From assembly GCA_951406725.2 (NCBI GenBank), contig OX597814.1, forward strand, positions 104,284,001 to 104,348,000: DNA of 64,000 bases, written 5' to 3'. Below are positions 28,450 through 41,411 of this stretch, in pieces. The DNA is from Octopus vulgaris (taxonomy: Eukaryota). The translations under genes and the position numbers were made by a program. Position 1 is the stretch's first letter, and each line of letters begins with the position of its first letter. Below the pieces are notes generated by a model. It did no database searches. It was not told where the DNA came from and worked only from the letters and a program-made list of their open reading frames with translations.

Positions 28450-29215
28450 TCACCAGCTTCTTTACAGAAAATTGTTTTTCAGGAGTTCAAGGATGGTTGT
28501 ATTGTTCATGTCTACAAGGGAAAGGGAAACAAACAGTCCTGTGACAACGACCGAGAAATTTCTCTCCTTGCTATTGTTGGCAAATTACTCACAAGAATCC
28601 TTCTTAACCGTCTCACTCAACACAGGGAAGACAGGCCTCTATAAGAGAAGCAGTGTGGTTTCAGTGAGGGCCATGGGACAGTCGACATGTCCTTTGCAGT
28701 ACGCCAACTTCAGAAGTGTAAAGAACAAAGCAAGAATCTATATACGATGTTTGAAGGCTTAACCAAAGCCTTTCACATCGTCAGTCGTGAGGGACATTGA
28801 AAGATCATGGGAAAGTTCGGCTGCCCGGATAAATTCCCCAGCATAGTGTGTCAGCTTCACAGCAGCATGCTCACTCGGGTGCTGGACAGTGGAGATTCTT
28901 CCGCTGCATTCCCAGTCACTAATGGAGTCAAGTAGGGCTTTGTACTCGCACCTACACTGTTAAGCACGATGTTCTCAGCCATGTTGTCGGATGCTTTCCG
29001 CAAAATCAACGAAACCAGCGTGAAGATTAGGTTCAGGACTGATGGCAGCAGGTTTTTCAATCAGCGGAGCCTATAGACCAAGACCAAGGTGAAAGAGGAA
29101 CCAGTGCGTGGACTTCCCGTTTGCGGTGGCTGCGCACTCAACGCCGTCACAGCGGCTCAGATGCAACAGAGCATCAACTGTTCTTCCACTGCCTGCAACA
29201 TCTTCGTCCCAACAT
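28450..29215 (+). pseudogene. Degenerate RTE-clade RT segment
   Basis: Frameshifted remnants of YKGKGN, QCGF, QLQK, KAF, KFGCPDKF and GVK*GFVLAPTLL motifs. Confidence 0.8.
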
Positions 29216-29219
29216 TCCC

Positions 29220-29372
29220 CACGGAAGGCGACCCGTTTACAGCTGGGTGGACTGGGGCAACGTGAAATGAAGTGTCTTTGCTTGAAAACACAAGGCACCG
29301 CCGATTTGGGAATCGGATCCACGATTTTGCGATCGGGATTGCAACACTTTAGCCACTAGGCGACGCTCCTTT
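29220..29372 (-). mobile_element. Degenerate tRNA-SINE with CORE-like body
   Basis: GCCTAGTGG A box, GATCCGATTCC B-box-like, then caagcaaagacacttcatttcacgttgccccagtccacccagctgtaaa. Confidence 0.6.
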
Positions 29373-29399
29373 ACACACACACTTAAATATACACACATA

Positions 29400-29430
<31 letters not shown>

Positions 29431-30246
29431 GTGTTTCTTTCTATTCTAAACACTGGAGTTGATTTGCTCGAGTAAACCCCTTCAAGGTGGTGCTCCAGCA
29501 TGGCCACCGGTAAATGACTGAAACGAGTAAATAATAAGAGACAGAAAATACTCATCTCACTGATATTTGAATAACTAAATAAATAAAACTATTCAAGAAT
29601 TGTCTCTGATTAGAAAAAAAAAACCCCGAAAAAAAACAAGATTTTGCAGCATTTCAAGTTTGCCAAAGTGTAAATGTCTGCAGAAACAATGTATAATGGC
29701 ACCGCCCAGTGTAAAGCCATATTCTTTATATTCTTGGCGTAACAATTTAATAGACTTTTATTTGACAGCAAATAGATTGAATTGTCAGGAAATAATTGAG
29801 AAGCATCAAAGAAATTTCTTTTTAACGAATTGTCAGAATTAAAATTAAAAAAAGAAAAGAAAAAAAACATGGAAGAATATGAGAATCGATTATTTAAATC
29901 GTTGAGTATCGGCTGAATTTGACTGGATCTGGATAATTATTTGTAAAAACAATCAAGTTATTATGTCGGCTTTTATGGAGATCTCATATTTTCTTTTGTT
30001 TTATAAAAGTCTGTATAAAATATATTCGTGTAAAATCTCTTAAGTGAAACTTTATTCACCACATTGATGTAAAGAAGCTATCTCGCCCAGTCATTACACA
30101 CACACAATGGTTTAGCAGGCCAAAACTTCGAAGTCACTGTCAATAATATTCTTGTTTAAGAATAATAAATTTGTATTCTATAAAAGTATAGAGTTACCCA
30201 TCAGAAAACTGTTTTTATTAAAACTGAACATAAAAACAAACGTTAA

Positions 30247-30572
30247 CAGGAGTGGCTGTGTGATAAGTAGCTTGCTTACCATCCATATGGTTCCGGGTTC
30301 AGTCCCACTGCGTGACACCTTGGGCAAGTGTCTTCTACTATAGCCTCGGGCCGACCAAAGCCTAGTGAGTGGATTTGGTAGACGGAAACTGAAAGAAGCC
30401 CGTCGTATATATGTATATATATATATGTATATGTATATGTTTGTGAATAAGTCCTGGGGTCGATTTGCTCGGCTGAAGGCGGTGCTCCAGCATGGCTGCA
30501 CTCAAATGACTGAAACAGATAAAAGAATTCTTTTATTCTTTTACTTGTTTCAGTCATTTGACTGCGGTCGTG
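30247..30572 (+). mobile_element. SINE family A (internally deleted) plus an inverted tail fragment
   Basis: Aligns to 37505-37915. Confidence 0.85.
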
Positions 30573-30574
30573 CA

Positions 30575-30645
<71 letters not shown>

Positions 30646-31165
30646 ACACACATATAGAGGAAGGGGGGTCAAAAGTCATTCACCAAAACATTTGACATTC
30701 TACTTATATTACTTTATTATTACTAATTTTGTCCATCCTGTACAGGTGGGTGTGTAGTCATCGTTATTTTATTCATTTTATCCATTTTCAGGAAAATCGA
30801 AACATGTCTTTGACAATTACGGATCGTATTGACTTTTGGACCACCATATAAAATCAGAACACAAATAGGGTAAAAGGTTTTTTTTTCATGAATAATTCGA
30901 TTACATCATGAAAAGAAGAAAAAAGAAAAAAAAAGAGACACGTGGGATGGAGAATCGCTGAAGAAGTCACAGGACGTATGACGAAGGATTTCAGACAAAA
31001 GACACAAAAATAAGAATAATAGTCTGTAGTGGTTAATTGAGAAAAAAAAATGGTCATTCCAAAATTTAACAATAATTGTTTCAACACACGATTTCCCATC
31101 AGGAATCTTACAAAACAAATATATAAACGAAAGAATAAGCCGTTTTCTTCATGAGAATTAGAAAT

Positions 31166-31325
31166 TTTAGATTTGGTTTGGAGAAAAAAACACAAAGATA
31201 TGGAATGTGGGTTGACCCTATTTTTTCAGCATCGATGAAGAGAGTGGCTCTATTCATTGATGCCGAAAAAAGAGGGTCAATCCACATTCCATATCTTTGT
31301 ATTTTTCCTCCGAACCAAATTAAAA
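31166..31325. repeat. About 160-bp imperfect palindrome
   Basis: acaaagatatggaatgtgggttgaccc...gggtcaatccacattccatatctttgt. Confidence 0.85.
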
Positions 31326-31719
31326 TTTTTTAATTCACTCAATAAAAAACACGTTTGAAACAGCTGTAACGAACCTTTAAACTATTTGTATTCTTATCTA
31401 ATGTCAACACCATTCCTGGAGCCTCCTCCATGTTGGATCGGGAAGCTGCATACCGGTGTGCCTGGAGATATAATTTCATGTACATGTATATCTATACGTA
31501 TATGTATAATTGCGAGTGCATGCACCAGTATGTGTAAGTGTATGAACAAGCCTGTATGTGCATGGGTATACCCGGGTATGTATATGGTATATTCACGGAC
31601 CTCGACCCTTGCTTGGTGTCCTTAATATTAAAATATCTTGATTCAAAAGAATCTAAAAATAGTTTACACACACACACACACACACTCACACACACATTTA
31701 TATATATTATATATGTATG

Positions 31720-32060
31720 TATTCTTTTACTCTTTTATTCTTTTATTTGTTTCAGTCAGGACTTATTCTTTGTTAGCCTAGTACTTATTCTATCGTGTTC
31801 TTTTGCCGAACCGTTAAGTTACGGGACGGGAACACACCAACATCGGTTGTCAAGCGATGGCGGTGGCGGGATAAACAGATACATACACACACACATATGA
31901 CGGACTTCTTTCAGTTTCCGTCTACCAAATTCACTCAAAAGGCTTTGATTGGCTTGAGGCTATAGTAGAATACACTTGCCCAAGGTGCCACGCAGTGGAA
32001 CTGAACCCGGAACCATGCGGTTGGTAAGCAAACTACTTACCACACAACCACTCCTGCGCT
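31720..32060 (-). mobile_element. SINE family A
   Basis: Reverse complement of the 37505-37915 type. Confidence 0.85.
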
Positions 32061-32196
32061 TATGAATGTATGTATGTGTGTGTATATATATGTATATATA
32101 CACACACATATATATGTGTATATATACACATATATACACATGTATACATGTGTATACATACACATGTACACATGTATACATGTGTATACATACAGA

Positions 32197-32254
<58 letters not shown>

Positions 32255-32700
32255 TATAATCTGAAGACTCCACTAGAGTGGACGCAAGCGCTAATATATG
32301 ATTTATAAAAGCATGTGACATACTAATCAATATCTGTAAATATAAAACCATCCAGATTTCTGAGTATCTTATTTCTTCTAATATATAATACCTGTACGTC
32401 ATCTCGAAACCATCTAATATATATTGGATCTCAATAGTACTATATATATATGAGTGTGTTAAATTATAAGGCACCAAAAGAGAATGACTCTTCCCAGACA
32501 CAACAGTATATATATAAACTTAATTGGAAACGGATGCGTTCAATTACGAAATTTACGTTGTAACTTGTGCCAATTTGCCTTTCAAGTGTTGCTAAAATAA
32601 GTACCAGTTGAGCACTGGGGTCGATATAATCGACTAACATCCTCCTCTGATATTACTTGTTCCAAAATTTGAAACCAATATATATATAGAGAGAGAGAGG

Positions 32701-32742
<42 letters not shown>

Positions 32743-33819
32743 TGGGAAAGCCGATAGATGTGGGCTGAAAGTGTGTATTAACACGGAATACAATACAGAT
32801 TACAGAATAAAGAAAAGGAATTATGTAAAGTATAAAATTTGGTCACAGAAGCTTTAGATTGTTGCTAAGAATTTCCCATTTTACCATTGTGGCATTATTA
32901 ACGAGTGTCTGCTAAATACAATTTATGACATTTTCCAGTTGCTAAAACCGTATCCAAACAACATTATGAGAACGGTTCTAAATAACTAGTCCGAGCTATT
33001 TTAACCAGAGATTAAGCTTCCTTTAGATTAAGCTGTTGTATTTTAAATGCCAAGATCAGCTACGAAACCCTATTCCCGAATGGACTGGACTGTGTAGTTG
33101 AAAGATTTGCTTCATATCTTCATGGTTTTGGTTTCGATATCACACGTGCAATGTTTTTGGGCCAATGTCTTCTGTCTAAGACTCCAGATGGCCAACGACA
33201 TGGGAATAGAGTATGGTAGATGTGACTGTCAAACATACATGCATGTATGCATGCATACACACATATACACACACATACATAGATTTGGTTGAAGGAAACT
33301 GAAGGAAGCTTATGTATGAGTGTGTGTGTGTGTAAAATATATATATGCGTGTGTAATATATATATATATTGAGAGAGTGAGGGAGTGAGACAGACAGACC
33401 GATAGACTGGAAGGCAGATAGATGTGGGCTTAAAGTGTATACAAACCTTGCGATTCTATAAACTCTGAGAGAATTTCGAGTGTTGCTATGTTTAGCTCGC
33501 CCATAGCAACCAATATCTTTTCGAAAAGGGCCGTAAGACTTTATACATAGACTTTATACATGTTCCAGACTCCTTATCAATCATTTTACATCCGCTTTAT
33601 CATCCTCTTCATTCGGACTTCGCAAGTACGTTTATGGACTTACAATTTTTATATATTTATAAATTTTCGTGTATATGTATGTATTTGTAAATTCTTAGAA
33701 ATTTTTTATATAGATGAATGCATCTATGTATGTACCTTGTATACCATGGATAATTTCGTTAACATAGACTGAATGAATATACACATCGGCATTTGAATTT
33801 GTTTTCTCCTCTCCCTAAT

Positions 33820-33892
<73 letters not shown>

Positions 33893-33893
<1 letters not shown>

Positions 33894-34442
33894 AATGTAA
33901 GGGCAAGCAAGTTAGGCAGGTCAAAATACGAAATATATTAAATACAAAAAATGTATGTTTACATACAAATAGGTATGACTTACACAGAATAGAAATGATA
34001 TCAAAAATTAAAGGGGATGAAGAAGAGTGTTACAAATCCAACAGCTGTTCCTGGGAGCTCGGTTGTCCATAATAATGTTTGTAGATTGATTCCATTGTCA
34101 GATGAGACGAGTATCCGTCTTCAGGGAAGAGGTGTTGACAGTAAGAATTTCAAAGATGGAATGAACATTTTTGAGCTTCTTTCTATCAACACCTCAAATG
34201 TAAGATCTCTTCCTTCCCTGAAGACAGATGCCCGTCCCATCCAACGATGGAATCAATCTACAAACATCATTATGGACCACCAAGCTCCCAGAAACAGCTG
34301 TTGGACTCATAAAAAAAATTCCTACTCAGCCCCTTTAATTCTCTATATCATTTCTATTGTGTAAGTCGGCCTTTTTTGTATGTATACATATTTCGTATAT
34401 TTAATATATATTGACCTGTCTAACTTGCTTATCCTTACATTT
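33893..34442. mobile_element. 550-bp fold-back of two inverted PLE-type pseudo-LTRs
   Basis: Arms are complementary throughout. The right arm has UCC-CUGAAGA...GAAACAGCUGUU-GGA (34215-34305). Confidence 0.75.
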
Positions 34443-34879
34443 ACTTCTCTACCCGCACAAGTTTAAACCTCTTGAGCACAATAACTATACGGAGAATATT
34501 TGATTCTTATCTATGAACTAATATATATATATATATATATGCATAAATATAAATGTGCATGTGTGTGTGTGCCTTTGAGCTTGTGTTTGTTTACCGACAC
34601 TGTTGATAACCGGTGTTTGTTTATATCCCCATAACCTAACGGTTTGGCAAAAAGTGACCGATAGAATAATCAGGCTTAAAAATAACTACTGGTGTCGATT
34701 TGTTCAACTAAACCCTTTAAGGCGGTGCCCCAGTATCACCGCAGTCCAGCGACTGAAACAAGTAATAGATAAAAGATAACACACGTACTGTAAAAATTAG
34801 GTTCGTTGATCCGGGGTTAGTTTTGAGGGAAGGGACACAACAAGGGCGAAATACCACAATGCCTCAAAACCTTTTTATC

Positions 34880-35190
34880 TCAATGAATTATGTTCTCAAC
34901 ACACATTGTCCGAATGGAGACGTTGAACCTAAGCAAGAGTTTTGGCTCTTGTTTATAAGATTTAACAAACAAATGTATTTGCTGATGTCTGCCAAACCGA
35001 TATCTTCACGTGCACAGAGCGTTCTTGATACGTTCTGGCAGATACGAACCCGAATATGGTAATCGCTGGTGTGTTTGATTTTCGGAGAATAACTTCTTTT
35101 AGACAATGTGTGTGTACAACCTACTCGATGGCTGTTGGGTGACTCTCCTCGCGCTGTTTCGACGTCATTGAGGTATGTCATGTGGAAAGG
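34880..35190 (-). pseudogene. Possible highly decayed mariner transposase C-terminal fragment
   Basis: SYSPKIKHTSDYHI resembles the mariner PYSPDLAPSDYHLF motif. No other strong support. Confidence 0.35.
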
Positions 35191-35828
35191 CAGAGAATAT
35201 AATAAGATTTCAGTACCCGTATAGGAACTATTTAATTAGAATAACTAATGTCGAATTTCGCAGATGAGTTATAGTTGCAAATTATTCTGGTATTCTGCGA
35301 TATGAGTTCAAAGAATTATCGCATTCTTTAAACTGTTTTTGTTTTGGATGAGCCCCAGAACTCATAAGACTGATTTCTCGTCTTCCGTGGCTTCTACGGA
35401 ACCGAGATCACAACAACTTCCCCCCCCCCGCTGAATGGGACACCTGTCTGTCGCAGGGTTTAAGGCTAGCAACTTTGAGGGGAGGGGGACAAGCTGATTA
35501 CATCGAACCTGGACTGATACTTTATTTTATCTACCTCGAAGAGAAGAAAAATGAAGTTGACTTCACTGTGATTTGAACTCAGAAAAAAATGCTGCTAAGA
35601 ATTTTATCCGGCGCTCTAACGACTCTGCCAGCTCTACGTTTTAATCTACCTATTACAGCTCGCCGCCATCTTAAAACTGTACAGAGCGTGAAAAGAATAT
35701 TTCGAAAAGTCTAAAATGTCTCATCCCTCCAAGCTGTTCGTTTTTGTTATTCTTCTGTTTGATCAACAAAAAACGGAAAGTATTGATATATCAACAGAAA
35801 ATGCAATTATAGCAATAATAATTGATGG

Positions 35829-35878
<50 letters not shown>

Positions 35879-36630
35879 GTGATGGTGATGATAATAACAA
35901 TCCTTTCTATTATAGGCACAAGGCCCGAAATTTTGGAGGTGGAAGATAGTCGTTTACATCAATCCCAGTGTTTGCTACTTGTTTTGTCAAATCCGAAAGG
36001 ATGAAAAGCAAAGTCGACCACGGCGGAATTTAAACTCAGATTCTGCCAGCTCACCATACAATAAATGCTTAAGAATGTGGAGTTTACAGCACATATGGGG
36101 CTGAACGAGAAATGGTTGGATAAGGTCACCTTGGTTGATACTTTAATGTGATGAATTGTAGGTGAGTGTTTGTGGGAAATGTTTGTGGTGATGCATTGGC
36201 AGGCAATACCTTGCGGTGTTTAGTTACGGCTCTTCACGTTCTAAGTTTTAATCTGCCTTTTACACTTGATAAAATGCAGTACCTGTTATATACAAGGGTC
36301 TATATAGCAGCTTCTTACGCTCGCATCTTAATATGTGGCTGTGATTCTGGGCGTGATGTGATCAGTTCATCTGACAAAGACGATGATGACAAACTAAAGA
36401 GGGATCTTTTAGAAATAACAGGGAAAACCGCCCTCAAAATCACACCCTACTGCTTTAGTGTAGTTATGGCATTGAGAGTGAGACAGAACGGTCACGGCTG
36501 GAACGCCGAGTCTGCTGAAGGTTTAGTTTGGAACGAATGACATGAACAACGATGAGAATGACAATGGTAGCGACAACAACAACAGTAACAACAACAACAA
36601 CAACAACAAGGAAAGAATAACAATAGCAAT

Positions 36631-36662
<32 letters not shown>

Positions 36663-37449
36663 GAAGGTATCGACCACTTAACACTCTGGTGTCCGTTCCA
36701 GCTGCAATAAATATTGCAAGTGCATTAAAATGCACAGTGCAGCTTGATGTGAATATAATCCGTAGAAAACGTAAATGACATTGAGTAAATAGCATTATTA
36801 TTGGGACTTTGCACCATCATCATCATCATCATCATCACTAGCAGCAGCAGCAGCAGCAGCAGCAACAGTTGCAGCAGCTCTAGTAATTGTAAAATGTAAA
36901 CGGAAACACTTCCTACCTCCCTCCCTCCCTCCCTCCCTCCCTCTTCTGTTATGACAACATAGCAACCTTAGTTTATGGCATTGCCTTACTCTCCTTTTCT
37001 CCTCTCTTGCTACCCTTCTCGTTGTTGTTACTGTTGTGATGATGATGATGATGATAGTGATGGTGGTGGTGGTGGTGGTGGTGGAGGCGGTGGTTGTTTC
37101 GGGCGTGATGCATGGAAATATAATTTATTACAAATCGCGAATTTGCGAAAGATTTGTCATTCTATGTGTGTATGCTTGTGTGCATGTATACATTCATGTA
37201 TGTATATGTATGTATGTATGTATGTATGCATGTATGTATGTATGTATGTATGTATGTATGTATGTATGTATGTATGTATGCATGTATGTATGTATGTATG
37301 TATGTATGTATGTACGTATTATGTATGCACTCTTGCACGTGTGTATGCTTGTATGAATTCATGTAGGTATGTATGTGTATATGTACACATATACGTATGT
37401 AAGCACTTTTGCACGTGCGTATGCTTGTATGCATTCATGTATGTATGTG

Positions 37450-37481
<32 letters not shown>

Positions 37482-37504
37482 TGTATGTATGTATGTATGT
37501 ATAG

Positions 37505-37915
37505 GTGTAGGAATGGCTGAGTGGTAAGTAGCTCGCTTACCAACCACATGGTTCCGGGTTTAGTCCCAATGCGTGGCACCTTAGGCAAGTGTCTTCTACT
37601 ATAGCCTCGGGCCGACCAAAGCCTTGTGAGTGGATCTGGTAGACGGAAACTGAAAGAAGGCCGTCGTATATATGTATATATATATATGTGTATGCATATG
37701 TTTGTGTGTCTGTATTTGTCCCCCCAACATCGCTTGACAACCGATGCTGGTGTGTTTACGTCTCCGTAACATAGCGTTTCGGCAAAAGAGACCGGTAGAA
37801 TCAGTACTAGGCTTACAAAGAATAAGTCCAGGGGTCGATTTGCTCGACTAAAGGCGTTGCTCCAGCATGGCCGCAGTCAAATGACTGAAGCAAGTAAAAG
37901 AGTAAAGAGAGTAAA
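37505..37915 (+). mobile_element. SINE family A, near full length
   Basis: A box TGGCTGAGTGG, B box GGTTTAGTCCC, CORE-like ggcaccttaggcaagt, internal (TA/TG)n spacer and tail gactgaagcaagtaaaagagtaaa. Confidence 0.9.
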
Positions 37916-40699
37916 GTGTATGTATGTATGCATGTATGCATGCATCTATGTATGTATGTATGCATGTATGCATGCATGTATGTATGTATGTATGTATGTA
38001 TGTATGTATGTATGTATGTATGCATGTATGTATGCATGCATGCCTGCATGTATGTATGCATGCATGTATGTATGTATGTATGTATGTATGTATGTATGCA
38101 TGCATGTATGTATGCATGCATGTATGCATGTATGCATGTATGTATGTATGTATGTATGTATGTATGTATGTATGTATGTATGTATGTATGCATGTATGTT
38201 TGTATGCATGCATGTATGCATCTAAATATGTATGTATGTATGCATGCATGTATGTATGTATGTATGTATGTATGCATGCATGTATGTATATGTAGTGCCG
38301 CTCTTGGTTGTGCCACTAAAGTAATACTAAACACTGAACTGTTCCTTTAGGCTGGATTATTGCCTACAGATTTAGTTCTCTGATTCAGTTGTGCTGTGTA
38401 TTTGAGCCGTTGTGGCATGTAATTGTGTCATATCAGAATAGTTCTTGCCCCCAAAATATCAACAGAAAGGAAAACAAACGGGATGTCTTGAGGGGCTTCT
38501 TATTTTGGGGGCCGGTCACAATCTTCAAGCATAAGCCTTCTCTGGATGCTGGGAGACTGACTAAAAGATTTATACCGGATGAGAAGTTGATGGCGTGATG
38601 TCTACAGAGGGATGAGAGAAAACATTCAATCAATTAGAAGTGATGAATTGATTTATCGAAGAGAAATCAAGGAGAGTAATCAGTGTATGTATGTATGTAT
38701 GTATGTATGTATGTATGTATGTATGTATGTATGTATGTATGTATGTATGTATGCATGCATGCATGCATGTATGTATGTATGTATGTATGTATGTATGTAT
38801 GTATGTATGTATGTATGTATGCATGTATGTATGTATGTATGCATGCATGTATGCATGTATGTATGTATGTATGTATGTATGTATGCATGTATGTATGTAT
38901 GCATGCATGTATGTATGCATGCATGTATGCATGTATGTATGTATGCATGTATGTATGTATGTATGTATGTATGTATGTATGTTGTACGTATTCTTGCTCT
39001 GTGGCAATTTTAGTGAAGAAAGTAGAGGCGTGTGTTGTTGATGGAGAAGAAAATCTCCATAATAACGGCTGCCAAGTTATATTAACTTTAGCCATCATAT
39101 GTTGGTCATGCGTTCTTCTACAGGCTACGGTATTGTAGTAAGTACGACTTACAATGATACTCAGGTAGAGTTACGTCTTTGACAATTAAGGGCTGTTGTT
39201 CTTGTTGTTTAACCCCGGGTTTGATCTGATCAAGTCGACCCTTGGTCAAAGGCAATGCAACCCTATGTATCTGTCATTTTTTTGTATGCGACGGAATACC
39301 TTACTCAGTGTACCCTTTATTTCAGGACGCATGAATGCGATTTTTGGGAATCTGTTGCTATCCCTCGCAAGACAAGTCATCGAATATTGATGTTGTATTC
39401 CAATCAATCATGTCACACATAGTACAATGGACAAAGGCCATGGACATCAGTTGAGGTAATCTTCCCAACATTTATAGTGACGTCATTGAAATGCTTGCAG
39501 TTATTTGAGGTCTGCAACAGAAACGATTTCATTTGGGAAAACTGATTCGAGGTCTCAAATGTTCGTTTAACCAGAAGACATCATAAATTAATATCAAAAG
39601 AATCATATATGCATGGGTGAAATAAATGACCTGGACAAAGCATTCCAAATGAGGTGACATGTCCCTCTCTCAGTTGGAGAGAGAGAAAAACAAATATCTA
39701 GCGGTAATTATCAAAGATTCATCAAATAAAAGGAGGATAATCTGACCACAGGAGACAATGATAACAATGGCAGTGTTTCAGTGTTACTAAATCCGTCAGC
39801 AAAATATAAAGAATCCTTCACTGAACAATAAATTCAATTGTCCAATAAAGTTTTATTTATAAAAATAAATAAATTACAAATAACTTTTGTGAACTGTAAT
39901 TTACATAATACAGAAAAAATTCAGCACAAGAATCTTTTTTTCGGTGACTCGTCAAGTTAATAACAACAGACAAATGTCCTTCAAATGAAAATCTGCTATT
40001 TTAAATGATTAAATGACATATTCTATGATATGTCTCTACAAAGATACGTGTCTATAAAGGTGAGTTGGACACGACCGAAATGGTTTTCTTTCTATTCATA
40101 TTAATTCTGTGGACCTGACAAAAAAAAAAAAAAAAAAAGAAGCTGTTCTGATGGCTTTTGCCAGACCTTCGAGACCGATGAGGCCGACGTGGCGGATATT
40201 TTAAACAACAGCAAGTTAATATTTGCAGGAAAAAGAAAAAAGAACGTTTGCTTGACCAGGGTAGAACAAGAGTTACACGCAGACGACCCCCACCACTACC
40301 ACCACCACCACCACCACCACCACCATAGCAACAACAACAACTGTTGTTAATGGTGTGAAATGTTTTAAAGAAGTTCGTTCGGTAGTACTATGGAATATTT
40401 CATTCTGTAGTTTCCCTCTTGCTGTCTATCGTCTGATTTTTAGTTTAATGGAATTATCTAAAACAAGAACTATTCTCTAACATAGAATTATTGAAGTGGA
40501 AACGTAAATGACCTGAAGACAATGCTATATATATAGACTGGTACATCGGACAGTTTCATGTGTGTGCATGTGTGTGTATGACTTACACACATGCACACAC
40601 ATATATAAATACTTACATGAATACATATGTACGTACATTACTTACATAGATGTATACAAACATAAGTACACACACACTCATATATAAACATATGTTAAT

Positions 40700-40725
40700 A
40701 TATACATGTACGTCCATAAATGGTA

Positions 40726-40783
<58 letters not shown>

Positions 40784-40816
40784 TTATTTATTAGAGTAAT
40801 ACTGTGTTTTGATGAA

Positions 40817-40890
<74 letters not shown>

Positions 40891-40906
40891 CGTCCATAAA
40901 TGCTAC

Positions 40907-40944
<38 letters not shown>

Positions 40945-40982
40945 CTTATTTATTTGAGTAATACTGTGTTTCGATGAAATAT

Positions 40983-41040
<58 letters not shown>

Positions 41041-41125
41041 CGTCCATAAATGCTATCACACACATACATATATATATATACTTATTTATTAGAGTAATAT
41101 TGTGTTTTGATGAAATATTGTCTCA
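40700..41125. repeat. Three tandem units of a minisatellite with embedded variable microsatellites
   Basis: tacatgtacgtccataaatg...cttatttattagagtaatactgtgttttgatgaaatatt, three times. Confidence 0.9.
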
Positions 41126-41191
41126 TGTATATAAATGTTTTTAATGCTTTTAAGTGAAAACGATGCAAGTTATAGAAATTAATATAGATAA

Positions 41192-41411
41192 GTCGATGGT
41201 TGGTAACATTACTTGGTATTTCAATATTTCGGGCTTGGACCTCTTCTTCAGGAAATCAACAACAAAAACTTGTTGACAGCTAACTCCTTCGCTTCGTATA
41301 CACGGCAGAGTAGAAAAGTCATCTGTCAACACTTTTTCTCCGTAAATTACCTGAAGAAGGGCTCTAACCCTGAAATATTGAAAGACCAGGTAATAGTACC
41401 TAACCATCGAC
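41192..41411. mobile_element. 220-bp fold-back with a hammerhead motif in each inverted arm
   Basis: Arms at 41192-41256 and 41346-41411. Confidence 0.8.
41218..41256 (-). ncRNA. Minimal hammerhead ribozyme motif
   Basis: AUUUC-CUGAAGA-AGAGGuccaagCCC-GAAA-UA-UU-GAAAU: 5-bp stem I, palindromic stem III AAUAUU and an imperfect stem II. Confidence 0.7.

Noticed and set aside
39010-39140. Possible plus-strand exon (tttag ... gtaagt)
   Set aside because: The open frame hits a stop at the putative donor, and no homology was recognised.
40170-40205. CCGAUGAGGCC..GGCGGAU hammerhead-like word
   Set aside because: Both core halves are mutated and there is no stem I or III.
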